Below, piece by piece: positions 50,122 through 60,320 of a stretch of 64,000 nucleotides of DNA. Position 1 is the stretch's first letter; every line of letters starts with the position of its first letter. Made by a program: the position numbers and the translations under genes. The notes beneath the pieces are model-generated. The model had not been told where the DNA came from. It made no database searches and saw nothing but the letters and a program-made list of their open reading frames with translations. Source of the stretch: Candidatus Thorarchaeota archaeon (GTDB lineage: Archaea; Asgardarchaeota; Thorarchaeia; Thorarchaeales; Thorarchaeaceae); NCBI GenBank assembly GCA_046482545.1, contig JAWOEX010000032.1, forward strand, positions 32,001 through 96,000, read 5' to 3'.

Positions 50122-51333
50122 TTATTCCCTCGTTCTTATCATCACTAGAATGACTGCTGCAACAGCAAACACGCTGAGGGCTGAAGATACGAGTACATAA
50201 GGCGTACCTAATCCACCAAAAATGCTGTACATAACGATTACACGTACGCTGTCACTTCTTTGATTTCCTCCCCAGTCCGTCAATACAATAGTACAATTGT
50301 GAACACCATATGGCAAATTATCAACTTTGAATGACAGCTTGTTGTTATGCCAATCCAGTGGCTTCATTGTTACGTTATTTCGGATTATCCGTATTGACCG
50401 AGGGTAATCATCTGAGAAAGACCAATTGATCGCAAATCCCTTGGAGCCGTACTCGTATGTTATATCTTCGGGAGAATTAACCTGCGGTGGCTCCTCGTCT
50501 TCTAGCAAAGCAGGATGATAATCAACTGAGCTCGCATTGCCTGAAATAGGGTAGGTTTCGTTTCCGTCGTAATTCGCCCACGAATTGCCTTGAGTACTTT
50601 CGTTCCATGAATTATCCTGTCCCTCATCTTGTGCGTTACATGTTCCAGTCCAATCTTCATTCCAACCAATCGAGTTCTGGAAAACCGTACATCGATTGGC
50701 ATGGGGCCCAAGTGAGATACCCGCTATTTTATTTCCAAACACGCGGTTAGACTGGAAAATACAATTTTCCGATTCATACACCTTAACTCCAAAATTACAT
50801 CGATAGGCTGCACAATTATGCAACATCGAATTACCCACCTGTCGGAATAGAACCCCCGTATTACAGTTGTATATGCTACAATCAGTTACCTCGCAACCAG
50901 AGGAATTTTGAAGATGAATTCCCCATTCCATATCACCAATTGTACATTCTTCTATTAACGCATTTTTCACATCAACCAAACGAATACCCACGGCATCGTC
51001 CCCCTCTTTTGCTTCCAATGTACAGTTCCGTATAACGAAATGCACATCTACATTCACTACTTCAATGGACGCAGGCATACCGCTAATGTACAAATTTGCA
51101 ATAACATAGGGGTCTTCTTGAGTTCCAGCCCCTGGCCAGCCTTGATTTTCAAAATCAACATTTTCCGTTATTACGATCGGCGTGTCTGAACCGGGTTGTT
51201 GTTCAGCAATGAGAGTTGCGGTTGTTGGTACATCTACTGCTTTTCCCGATGCAGGCAATACGAGCAATAGAATATAAAGAATGGATACTATCAGACACGT
51301 CGTTCTTCTGCTGTGAAGCTTAATCATGTACAA
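50122..51333 (-). CDS. Surface protein with right-handed beta-helix (NosD/PbH1) repeats and C-terminal TM
   Basis: Signal peptide, GAGTQEDPYVI, GIxL repeats, NSW..GNSW, C-terminal TM. Confidence 0.85.
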   Translation of the reverse strand: MYMIKLHSRRTTCLIVSILYILLLVLPASGKAVDVPTTATLIAEQQPGSDTPIVITENVDFENQGWPGAGTQEDPYVIANLYISGMPASIEVVNVDVHFVIRNCTLEAKEGDDAVGIRLVDVKNALIEECTIGDMEWGIHLQNSSGCEVTDCSIYNCNTGVLFRQVGNSMLHNCAAYRCNFGVKVYESENCIFQSNRVFGNKIAGISLGPHANRCTVFQNSIGWNEDWTGTCNAQDEGQDNSWNESTQGNSWANYDGNETYPISGNASSVDYHPALLEDEEPPQVNSPEDITYEYGSKGFAINWSFSDDYPRSIRIIRNNVTMKPLDWHNNKLSFKVDNLPYGVHNCTIVLTDWGGNQRSDSVRVIVMYSIFGGLGTPYVLVSSALSVFAVAAVILVMIRTRE

Positions 51334-51391
51334 CCCCTCTCATCTGTAGTATCATGAAGCAATACTCGATTTATACATTTTGAGCCCATCT

Positions 51392-51934
51392 TCATCTCAA
51401 CCTTTCTGCATGTATTTCGTTCATTCCCAGCATCTTGGCGAAGTGGTCTTTATTCGTGAGATTGAGAATCACAAGGTCATTTCCTTTGTTAATGTGTTCT
51501 ATTCTAAAGGCGAGTTCCAATGACCTTGGAAAGAAGCTATAGATACCCAAGAATGTCAAGATGACGAGTATCGCCAACAATCCAATAATTGGCGCCAGCA
51601 AGGGATTTCCGAATCTTACAGCAGATATGATTTCGAGTAATGTATACAAAAATGGATAGAAGAGCAAAAGCAATCCACATATTCCAATATATTTCTCGCA
51701 TTCGGTTCGAACGTTGCAGTGGGCAGCACAACATGGAACGCATATGATTATAGCTCCACGGATGGCCTCTAGGCTGAGAGCAAGTTCATTGTTACCACTG
51801 TTCCATACGCTGCTTACCCTTTCAGCGAAACGCCCCGCGTTCTTTCTTTCATAAGCTATAATTGGCACGAGGTCATCAGCCTGTTCCATTCATACCGGAA
51901 AAACCTCCGGCAACTTCAACTTTGAGAGTTTCAT
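51392..51934 (-). CDS. Two-TM hypothetical protein with Cys/His motif; in-frame TGA near the N-terminus (possible pseudogene)
   Basis: MKLSKLKLPEVFPV*MEQA.. then CVPCCAAHC and two TM helices. Confidence 0.5.
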
Positions 51935-52013
51935 CTGTATGAGTCCGCTTATATTTCGGATTCGTTCTGCGTCTCTTTATCTTTCCTCATAAACTTCCAC
52001 GATTTCCCGTATC

Positions 52014-52394
52014 TCACTCCGGCGGCATGACAATGATTTGAACACTTGTCAAGTGGCGCTCTGGCTTCTCCGGCTCTATAGCATCAAAGGTATCAAATGT
52101 CATACGATAAAGGAACCTTTTCTCCATCTGCTTGAGCTTATGGGCTATACGAACAGAAAGACCAATCCCCTTGAAGGCATAACCTCTGATAGCAACCATC
52201 CGATTATCATTCTTCACAAGGTCGTATGCTGTTTTGGCGATTTGATATATGCTGATACGTCCCACATCCGGGGGGATTTCAAGTAGCACGTAATCACTGG
52301 TGGGATGAACCGAAACTTGGTTGTTATCTACATCAATAGAAACTAGTGCATTGCTAAGCTCCAGCTTGCTTGGAATTCGATCCCGGAGATTCAT
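52014..52394 (-). CDS. Divergent Alba-fold nucleic-acid-binding protein
   Basis: VAIRGYAFKGIGLSVRIAHKL and TFDAIEPEKPERHLTSVQIIV parallel Alba VxIKARGxAISxAVDVA and TE..RxVSxIEIxL. Confidence 0.55.
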   Translation of the reverse strand: MNLRDRIPSKLELSNALVSIDVDNNQVSVHPTSDYVLLEIPPDVGRISIYQIAKTAYDLVKNDNRMVAIRGYAFKGIGLSVRIAHKLKQMEKRFLYRMTFDTFDAIEPEKPERHLTSVQIIVMPPE

Positions 52395-52459
52395 GTTTCT
52401 TTTATATTGGTCATATCTAATCAATCTGGCGCCTGAAGCGTTCGTATCTCAATACTCAT

Positions 52460-53470
52460 ATGCCCTATTCGCCACATACTAGCGAGGAGAGCGACGAAGT
52501 GGAGAGAAGAAAGGCAATTGGGTTAGCTGTCAGCATTCTCGTAGTTTCATCTGTTGTAGCTTTTGTAGTACTTACTCCCAGTACCACTTCTGTAAGAATC
52601 GGCTATCTATCCCAGGATCTGCATCAACTAGCTCTCAAGGTTGCTCAATCCAAGGGATGGTTTGAAGAGAAAGGGCTGAGCATCGAGCTGCTTCAATATC
52701 AGAACGGAGCATATGAGATGAATGGATTTGGTGGAGGACAAATCCAGATGGGTTATCTGGGAGCTGCTCCCGCCATGGTCAAGGGTATCAATGAGGGAAT
52801 AGCCATCACTATTCTTGCTGCAGCGAACCTTGAAGGCTCAGCAATTAGTGTGATGAAATCTGCCTATGATGAAGGTGACATAACTGAAGTTGCTGACCTT
52901 CAGGGTAGGAAGGTTTACCATCCTGGCCCTTCAACAGTGCAGAATTTCCTCCTCAGACTTGCACTCAATAGCTCTGGGTTAACTATAGACGACATAAACC
53001 CCGAAGTGAAGCGGGTGCAGGATATGGCTATATCACTCTCAGAGTCAACCCCTGCTTTCATAGCATGGGAACCATTTCCGGCACAGTCCGATTTTGAAAA
53101 CACTACCATACCATTGATTCTGTCGGGAGATATATGGCCAAATCATCCCTGCTGTGTGGTGGCGGCAAAGAATGAATTTATGGCTAGCAACCCCGATGTC
53201 GTTCAGAAGGTTGTTTCAGTCCACAAGAGAGCCGAAGAATGGATTGTCCAGCATCCGAGTGAGGCCCTGCAGATTGCGATTGAATGGATGGGCATTGATG
53301 AAGGTGCAGTGGAACTAGCTTTTAATCGAATTATCTACGATTACCGCCTCAACCGTACTGGACTGCGCATGTACCTCGATTTTCTGATTCATCAGGATCT
53401 TGTGGAGATGGATGACCCGGAACAATTTCTCGACGGATTCATCAATACGACTTTCATTGAAAATGCTTAA
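52460..53470 (+). CDS. NitT/TauT-family ABC substrate-binding protein
   Basis: VRIGYL..LHQLA, GYLGAAPA, AWEPF, HPCCVV. Confidence 0.9.
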   Translation: MPYSPHTSEESDEVERRKAIGLAVSILVVSSVVAFVVLTPSTTSVRIGYLSQDLHQLALKVAQSKGWFEEKGLSIELLQYQNGAYEMNGFGGGQIQMGYLGAAPAMVKGINEGIAITILAAANLEGSAISVMKSAYDEGDITEVADLQGRKVYHPGPSTVQNFLLRLALNSSGLTIDDINPEVKRVQDMAISLSESTPAFIAWEPFPAQSDFENTTIPLILSGDIWPNHPCCVVAAKNEFMASNPDVVQKVVSVHKRAEEWIVQHPSEALQIAIEWMGIDEGAVELAFNRIIYDYRLNRTGLRMYLDFLIHQDLVEMDDPEQFLDGFINTTFIENA

Positions 53471-53534
53471 TGAATTTGAATTCCAACTTCAAAGCGACAG
53501 ACAAAAAAGAGATGTGCGAATGCTTCACTAGGCG

Positions 53535-54401
53535 ATGAGAGTGCCCACTAGCGAAAGAAAAGCAAGTAAAAGGATTGAGGAGACGGAGGGTACTTCGTAC
53601 TCCTTTGAGTGGAGAGGTCTCACTTCTCGAGGTCTCATCTTGAAGGTGTTGCTCCCTGCCATCATTCTTCTTATCCTCTGGCAGATCATTGGCTACATCG
53701 CTGATGAAATAACACTGATTGATGTTGGAGCGGCTTTCATCAAGCTCATCGTCAAAGGAGACACGGAAGGGAATACACTTCTTCTCCACACAAGCTGGAG
53801 CCTTTTCCGAGTCATATTTGGTTTCATACTCGCGATTGTTACTGCTGTTCCTTTGGGTATTGCAATTGGCCGCTACAAGACGGTTGATGCTGTGTTCGGA
53901 CCTGTGGTCGATGCTATGCGGCCTATACCGCCTATTGCATGGATTCCAATCTCCATATTGATGTTCAAAGGTCTGCAATATCCTTTCTCATTGTTAGTTG
54001 CACAGGTATTCATCATCTGGATAGGGGCCTTCTTTCCGATCTTGCTGAATACGACAGCAGGCGTTAAGCGAACTAACTCTGTTCATCTTGACGTGTGCGC
54101 AACATTTGGCGCTACCGAAAGACAAGTGCTCAGGCGAGTAGTCATTCCCTCGGCGCTTCCCGAGGTTCTTGCTGGGCTACGAGTTGGCTTTGGTATCGGG
54201 TGGATGTGCCTAGTAGCAGCCGAAATCATAGGTGGCGGATTGGGCCTAGGCTACCTCGTTAGTATGACTCAGCAGCTAGGGCGGACTGGCGAGACTATTT
54301 CTGCCATGCTTGTTATCGGTTTCATCGGTTTCGTGCTAAGCTATCTATTTCTTTATGCTGAACGCAAAATGCTTGCTTGGAGGCAAGATGTATCTGTATA
54401 G
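53535..54401 (+). CDS. NitT/TauT-family ABC permease
   Basis: RPIPPIAWIP, FFPILLNT, VVIPSALP, LVAAE. Confidence 0.93.
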   Translation: MRVPTSERKASKRIEETEGTSYSFEWRGLTSRGLILKVLLPAIILLILWQIIGYIADEITLIDVGAAFIKLIVKGDTEGNTLLLHTSWSLFRVIFGFILAIVTAVPLGIAIGRYKTVDAVFGPVVDAMRPIPPIAWIPISILMFKGLQYPFSLLVAQVFIIWIGAFFPILLNTTAGVKRTNSVHLDVCATFGATERQVLRRVVIPSALPEVLAGLRVGFGIGWMCLVAAEIIGGGLGLGYLVSMTQQLGRTGETISAMLVIGFIGFVLSYLFLYAERKMLAWRQDVSV

Positions 54402-54434
54402 GAAAGTACATGATTTTAGATCAATAGTTTACGC

Positions 54435-55223
54435 TTATCCTTCAATCCGAGCCATGGCTTTCTCTTGTTCTACTTTCAGGATATCAAGAACCTGTGCTCG
54501 ATATTCGATGCATTCTTTCGAGGTCCTATCCCTTGGACGCGGGATGTCTATATTGAACTCTGCAATGATTTGAGATGGAATATTGCTGAGCACCAGTATT
54601 CGGTCCGATGTATATACTGCTTCGTCAACATTGTGCGTCACGAACAGGATGCTCGAACCAGTATTTTCCCAGATTCGTAGGAACTCTTCCTGCAGATAGT
54701 TTCGCGTTTGCGCATCGAGATTTGAGAATGCCTCGTCAGAAACTAGGATATCTGGTTTGGTGATGAGACTCCGCCCCATCTCGACTCTTCTAGCTTGCCC
54801 CCCCGAAATCTCATGTGGGAAATTACTTTCCATACCTTCCAACCCGATAAGATCCAGCATCTCATTTGTTCTGGTCTCAGTCTCTTCAGGGGCATATCCC
54901 ATTATATCCAAGCCAAACTGAATGTTTTGCTCCACATTGAGCCAAGGAAATAATGATTCTTGCTGGAAGATGTATCCGACCCTACTGTGCCCGAGGCCCA
55001 TGATATTACCGTCTATTCTAACTTGCCCTCGATCTGCTTCTAGTAGGCCCGCAATAATCTTGAGTAGGGTTGTCTTGCCACAACCAGAGGGACCGACCAT
55101 TGCAGTAAACTCGCCTTCCTGCATGGCAAAACTAATGCCATCAAGTACCTTGGTATCTTCTAAACCGTCATTGACATATGACTTCTCGATATTCTCGACG
55201 GCGAGCTTGGACACATGTGTCAC
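54435..55223 (-). CDS. NitT/TauT-family ABC ATP-binding protein
   Basis: GPSGCGKTT, LFPWLNV, ISGGQ, DEAFSNLDAQTR, VTHNVDEA. Confidence 0.93.
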   Translation of the reverse strand: MTHVSKLAVENIEKSYVNDGLEDTKVLDGISFAMQEGEFTAMVGPSGCGKTTLLKIIAGLLEADRGQVRIDGNIMGLGHSRVGYIFQQESLFPWLNVEQNIQFGLDIMGYAPEETETRTNEMLDLIGLEGMESNFPHEISGGQARRVEMGRSLITKPDILVSDEAFSNLDAQTRNYLQEEFLRIWENTGSSILFVTHNVDEAVYTSDRILVLSNIPSQIIAEFNIDIPRPRDRTSKECIEYRAQVLDILKVEQEKAMARIEG

Positions 55224-55405
55224 CTACACCACTTTCGCCATCAAAGATGTTTAAATAATATGTGTCGAAGAAGTATTCCCGCAAAAGGTCTAAAAGGTAT
55301 CTTCTCCTTCGAAGAACTGCGTAGCACTGATGTTACCACCCTTGACAGTCATTTGGAAATTACTACGGCTACTCAGAACTTCATAATACATGAGGATGAC
55401 ACAGC

Positions 55406-57709
55406 TTGGATTCACCTAAGATACTCTTTGAAGTAGAAGACGATATTAGCACTAGTGCGTCAGCCACAGGCGACCTTACAGGCTCAACTAGGTCAGAGAT
55501 TTGCACAGGTGGACGGGATGGAATTCTCCGGTTATACAAAGCGAACGAGGATCACCTAGACTTTCTGGCACAGTCATCTGTTGAAGGAAGTATCCTATCC
55601 ATCAGCGTAGAAGATGCAAATAACGATGGCCAAATGGAGATTATTGTTGGTCGGAGTGTAAGTGGTTCTGACGTACCGGGCGAAGCAGGAACCCTTCAAG
55701 TATATCGGTATGCTCCCAGCGGTCAAATTGAACTTATTGCGGAACAGCCAATTGGTCGCTTTGTAACTTTTGTTGAAGTTACCGATGTTACTGGTGATGA
55801 TAAGAACGAGATTATCGCAGGCGGAAGTGATTCAACGCTTAGAGTCTTCAAGATGGGTTCTGATAACGTGCTTGAAGAGATTGTTTGCTGTACTCTTGAT
55901 GATATGCCTCTCTGCATTGGCACGTGCGATGTTATTGGCGACGAAATCGATGAGATTGTAATAGGCAATCGAGACAAGACATTGCGTGTTTTCAAGGTTA
56001 GAGGAAATTCAGCCGACGAAATCACGATACTAAATCTTCCGAGTCCAGTCATCTCATTAGCAGCAGGAGACATCCTTGGAGACAGGAAGATGGAACTAGG
56101 GGTTGTGACTCATGACGGTTCCATCAGGATATACCGAAACGAAGAGAGTGAGTTGAACCTATTTTCTAAGCTCAAGCATGTCGATGCGCTGTCAATTAGA
56201 ATGGCAGAAATCAATGCTGACCACATGGATGAAGTCATTATTGCAAATTCTAAGCAAGAAATTGTCTTCTATAGTGTTTATATGGCTGAGCTGAAGAAAC
56301 TTGCTACTACGGATATTGGAAATAAGATTCTCTCCATAAGCGTAGGTGATGCAGGGGGCGATGAACGAAAGGAAGTTCTGGTAGGTGTTTCAGATGCCCC
56401 TCTCAAGATTCTGGAAGGACTCTATGAAATAATACCTCGGTTTGAAGTTAGTCGTGAAGCTGCTGCCGGTGAAGAGTTGAAAGGGACCATTACTGTCACT
56501 AATGCTACGGATAAAGAAATTTCAGGCATAAAGGGTAAGATTTACTGGTTTCCGAAGGACAACATGGTAGTTGAACCCAATGAGCTTGCTTTTGATATCG
56601 GTCCTAATGATTGCAAATCTGTTCAAGTTCATCTCACGCCGGTTGAAGAAGGCACAGTTGTTGTACGCCCTATTGTTCTCATGTGGACTGACAAGTCTGG
56701 GAATGTCAAGCAGGTAACAACTCCCGAGACAGCGATATCGGTTGAGGAAAATGAGGCAAAGGCTTCCCCTGTAGCTGCACCTGAGGTGAGTCTGGATACC
56801 TCTTCTGAATCACAGGAAGAAAATGTGGAACTATCTTCTTCTGCAAGTGATCGAAGTACCGGATTTGGCAGGGTGGCAAAGGAAAGCGAAGTAGAAACCG
56901 AGGATACCTACACTGAAAGTGAAAAGCAGCAGCTGGAAGAAGCATCAAAGATGCTGGATTCCATCTTCGGCGAGACAGAACCTGTGGGTCCGACTGGTGG
57001 CGATTTGAAGGCGATGACAGAAACGGTAACTGAGCCTGAAGAAGAGGTAGCTCCTGAAGAACCTGAAGAAATCGAGAGCGAACTAGTAACTGAGATACGA
57101 AATCGAGAACCTAAGCCGTTACCGCCTGGTAAATCCGAGAACGCCTATGAATACCTTATGAAAAGCATGATTGTTGGACCTGGTGCAGTTGGTAAGACCG
57201 CGCTCGTAACTCGCTATACAACTGGCAGCTTCGAGAAGGATTACAAGACCACAATCGGTAGTCAATTCGCTGTGAAACTAACTCATATCTATCCGGAAGA
57301 GAAGGATCACGCTATTGGTTTAAAGCTGCAGGTGTGGGACGTTGCGGGGCAGGCTCGTTTTCAAGCTGTGCGCAAGATGTACTACAGTGGGGCAGCAGGA
57401 ATTATCCTAGTGTATGACGTAACTAGACGAAGATCTTTCGCTCAGCTTCCACAATGGGTGGAGGAAGCGTACGAATCAATTGGCCGTCAGGTACCTGCAC
57501 TTGTTGTGGGAAACAAGATTGATCTTCCTGATAGAGCGGTTGATCCATACGAAGCGAAGGAATGGGCCGAGAGCAATGGATTTCTGTACATGGAGACCAG
57601 CGCTAAGACTGGCGACGGTGTAGCTGACATGTTTACAATCCTAGCCAACATGATGTATGAAGATGCGCAGGAAACAGCAAAACAGAAGCAGGAAGATAAC
57701 CAGATTTAA
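55406..57709 (+). CDS. Beta-propeller + Ig-like + acidic linker + Rab-like small GTPase fusion
   Basis: Seven D-x(3-5)-E[ILV]xxGxxD-type blades; GTPase from ~57146 with GPGAVGKT, YKTTIG, WDVAGQARF, YYSGA, NKID, ETSAK. Confidence 0.88.
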   Translation: MDSPKILFEVEDDISTSASATGDLTGSTRSEICTGGRDGILRLYKANEDHLDFLAQSSVEGSILSISVEDANNDGQMEIIVGRSVSGSDVPGEAGTLQVYRYAPSGQIELIAEQPIGRFVTFVEVTDVTGDDKNEIIAGGSDSTLRVFKMGSDNVLEEIVCCTLDDMPLCIGTCDVIGDEIDEIVIGNRDKTLRVFKVRGNSADEITILNLPSPVISLAAGDILGDRKMELGVVTHDGSIRIYRNEESELNLFSKLKHVDALSIRMAEINADHMDEVIIANSKQEIVFYSVYMAELKKLATTDIGNKILSISVGDAGGDERKEVLVGVSDAPLKILEGLYEIIPRFEVSREAAAGEELKGTITVTNATDKEISGIKGKIYWFPKDNMVVEPNELAFDIGPNDCKSVQVHLTPVEEGTVVVRPIVLMWTDKSGNVKQVTTPETAISVEENEAKASPVAAPEVSLDTSSESQEENVELSSSASDRSTGFGRVAKESEVETEDTYTESEKQQLEEASKMLDSIFGETEPVGPTGGDLKAMTETVTEPEEEVAPEEPEEIESELVTEIRNREPKPLPPGKSENAYEYLMKSMIVGPGAVGKTALVTRYTTGSFEKDYKTTIGSQFAVKLTHIYPEEKDHAIGLKLQVWDVAGQARFQAVRKMYYSGAAGIILVYDVTRRRSFAQLPQWVEEAYESIGRQVPALVVGNKIDLPDRAVDPYEAKEWAESNGFLYMETSAKTGDGVADMFTILANMMYEDAQETAKQKQEDNQI

Positions 57710-58317
57710 ACTTGTTTTCTCAATGCATTGGCCCCTGCTTTCAATCCCCCTTTGAATGCTTTGAGATTTGAAATCCCAGAGCCAACCGTATCGATGAGCC
57801 CTGCTTTAACGCTTTCTTGGGTGAGTTCTGTGTACTCAATGCCGCACAATGCCCCCATCATATACGAGTTGAGTACGCGATATGTTCCCAATTTTTTGAG
57901 TGTTTCTACAGGGTCTACCACACAGAACTTCTTTGTTAGAGCAGACACAGAACTACGTAACTTGTGGATTGAGGGATACGAACTTCTTTCAGCGAGGGTA
58001 TCTGCTGTTTGTACTGAGGTGGTGCTCATGAGTGCGATAGTGCTAGGGCCTGCATACTCTGTCGCTGCACGAAGGGTTTCCATTGGCTCAAGGCCAATAA
58101 TAATATCGGCATCACCACGGGGAATGAGCGGTCCCAAACAGCTGTTGCTTAAGCGGATATGTGTCTGTACCGTCCCTCCTCGCCTTGAGGCACCAAATAC
58201 CTGACCTACTACCGGTTTGTAACCATCTCGTATTGCTGCCCGGGCAAGCGCTTTGCCGCATACAATATTTCCTTGACCACCTACCCCTGCTATGAGAATG
58301 CTATGACTTCCCTTCAT
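57706..58317 (-). CDS. iorB: Indolepyruvate:ferredoxin oxidoreductase beta subunit
   Basis: AGVGGQG, GASRRGGTV, LEPMETLR; adjacent to iorA. Confidence 0.88.
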   Translation of the reverse strand: MKGSHSILIAGVGGQGNIVCGKALARAAIRDGYKPVVGQVFGASRRGGTVQTHIRLSNSCLGPLIPRGDADIIIGLEPMETLRAATEYAGPSTIALMSTTSVQTADTLAERSSYPSIHKLRSSVSALTKKFCVVDPVETLKKLGTYRVLNSYMMGALCGIEYTELTQESVKAGLIDTVGSGISNLKAFKGGLKAGANALRKQV

Positions 58318-58323
58318 CTTACA

Positions 58324-60186
58324 TCACTCCCTTTGTATTGCATCATGTGGACATACATCGACACAATCGCCACATCTTACGCATAGATTTTCTATAATTT
58401 CCGCATGGTTCCTTTCTTCGTTCCAGCCAATAGCTAAACAACCAAATTGAGTCTTGCAGATCTTACATTTTTCGCCAACACAAGCATCTTCATCAACGCA
58501 GACCCTCGATTTGTCCGCTGTTGTATCCTTCTTCTCAGCGAGTCTACAGGTTCCCTTCAGGACGATGATTTTGAGTCCATCGCGTGTAAGGCTTTCATGA
58601 ATCAAATCCGTCATTGCATGTATATCTGAAGCGTCGCCAATATTGAAATAATCGGGGAGCATAGATCGAGCCAAATTCTCTATATCAACAGCAAATGTTT
58701 CTGTCCCCTTAACATGGGAGCTTGGACTTGGTTGAAATCCGGTCATGGCGGTGGTGTCATTGTCGATGATAATGAAAGTAAGGTCTGCATTCTTGTTCCT
58801 AGCGCTAACAAGGCCTGGCAAGCAAGCGTGGAAGAACGTGGAGTCGCCAGCAACTGCAATCACTTTCTGCTCAAATCCGAATCTACCCAATTGCCCTAAT
58901 CCTGACGCTGTACCGATGCTGGAACCCATGGCTTGCATCGTATCCATTGCTGAGTCATAGAATATGCCCATCGAATAGCATCCAATATCCCCAGTAACCA
59001 CCACCGGATTGCTGAATCTTTGTTTCGCTTTTTTGATTGCCCAATATACTGCTCGATGACTACAACCCGGACAGAATGTTGGTGGCCTATCTAATAGTAG
59101 ATCTTGAGACTGTTCTGCTGTCTTCTCGAACTTGGGTGAGACAGGCTGGAAATCTGAACCTGTAACTTGAGCTAATGCTTGGGTTACTTTGTCTACATTG
59201 AGCTCCCCATAGCGTGGGATAACTCCATCTATTTTTCCGTGAATCTCTAGAGACTTACCCTCCTCGAATCTCGTAAATAACACTCCAACATTCTTTTCAA
59301 TAAATGGTTGCCCCTCTTCGGTGAAAAGAATGTTATCAACAGAATCCAATGCCCTTAGGATTGCCTTCCTTGGAATGGGGAAAGATGTTCCCAGAGTCAA
59401 TACCTCTGCGTCTCTCAGTTCAAGTTTTCTTACCGCTTCTTCTGAATACCATTTGGTTATTCCAGATGAGATAATCCTCAATCCCTTCGCAGCGGTATCT
59501 AATTCGTTGAACTGTGAGACCTCGAACTCCTCTCTGATTTTCTCAAGCTTCTCCAGTAGGTCTTTGTGTTTGAGGTCGGGTCTTGGAACATTGTAAAGAT
59601 TGGGCGGAATATCATGGGCGGGCTTGGATGTGATGTCTGGAAGTGTGCCTGTGTCCACTAGTGACAGGGTGTGACTTAGTCGGGTTGTGCTTCTCACTAG
59701 AACTGGCGTTTCATAGGTTTTCGAAAGATTGAATGCATAAGGAATCATCTTTTTGGCTTGTTGACATGAGCTGGGCTCAAGTAACGGTAAGCAGGCTGCT
59801 TCTGCATAGAAACGGGAATCCTGTTCATTGCTCGAACTATGTCCTTTTGGATCATCACAAACCACAACGACCAATCCCCCATCTCCAGTTCCTGAGAGAT
59901 TGACGTTCAGAAGAAAATCAGCGGCAACATTCAATCCTAGGGATTTCATTGCACAAAGAGCTGGCAATCCTGCCCAGCTCGCCGCAGCACTGGCTTCTAG
60001 AGCAACTTTTTCATTCGTTGACCATTCAGCATGAATATCTCTTGCTTCGGCTTCTTGCATAATGTGCTCTGTGATTTCAGTCGATGGTGTTCCTGGATAC
60101 GATGCACAAAACCTGACTCCAGCTTCGAGTGCGCCTCTGGCAATCGCCTCATTCCCACTCATCAAGACTTGGTCACCTTCAGCCAT
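58324..60186 (-). CDS. iorA: Indolepyruvate:ferredoxin oxidoreductase alpha subunit
   Basis: GNEAIARGA, YPGTPSTE, NEKVALE, CPGCSHR, GDIGCY, GDSTFFH, C-terminal ferredoxin CVRCGDCVDVCP. Confidence 0.95.
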   Translation of the reverse strand: MAEGDQVLMSGNEAIARGALEAGVRFCASYPGTPSTEITEHIMQEAEARDIHAEWSTNEKVALEASAAASWAGLPALCAMKSLGLNVAADFLLNVNLSGTGDGGLVVVVCDDPKGHSSSNEQDSRFYAEAACLPLLEPSSCQQAKKMIPYAFNLSKTYETPVLVRSTTRLSHTLSLVDTGTLPDITSKPAHDIPPNLYNVPRPDLKHKDLLEKLEKIREEFEVSQFNELDTAAKGLRIISSGITKWYSEEAVRKLELRDAEVLTLGTSFPIPRKAILRALDSVDNILFTEEGQPFIEKNVGVLFTRFEEGKSLEIHGKIDGVIPRYGELNVDKVTQALAQVTGSDFQPVSPKFEKTAEQSQDLLLDRPPTFCPGCSHRAVYWAIKKAKQRFSNPVVVTGDIGCYSMGIFYDSAMDTMQAMGSSIGTASGLGQLGRFGFEQKVIAVAGDSTFFHACLPGLVSARNKNADLTFIIIDNDTTAMTGFQPSPSSHVKGTETFAVDIENLARSMLPDYFNIGDASDIHAMTDLIHESLTRDGLKIIVLKGTCRLAEKKDTTADKSRVCVDEDACVGEKCKICKTQFGCLAIGWNEERNHAEIIENLCVRCGDCVDVCPHDAIQRE

Positions 60187-60320
60187 TGGTATTCATCTAG
60201 TTGTATTATGACTTGACTGACAAGAAAACCGTTTCGAAATCACTTCAAAATGATTCAAAATCGGAAATAATATCAGGGTGATACGGAGAACCCATTGAAC
60301 TATAAGCCGAAGATGCATTC

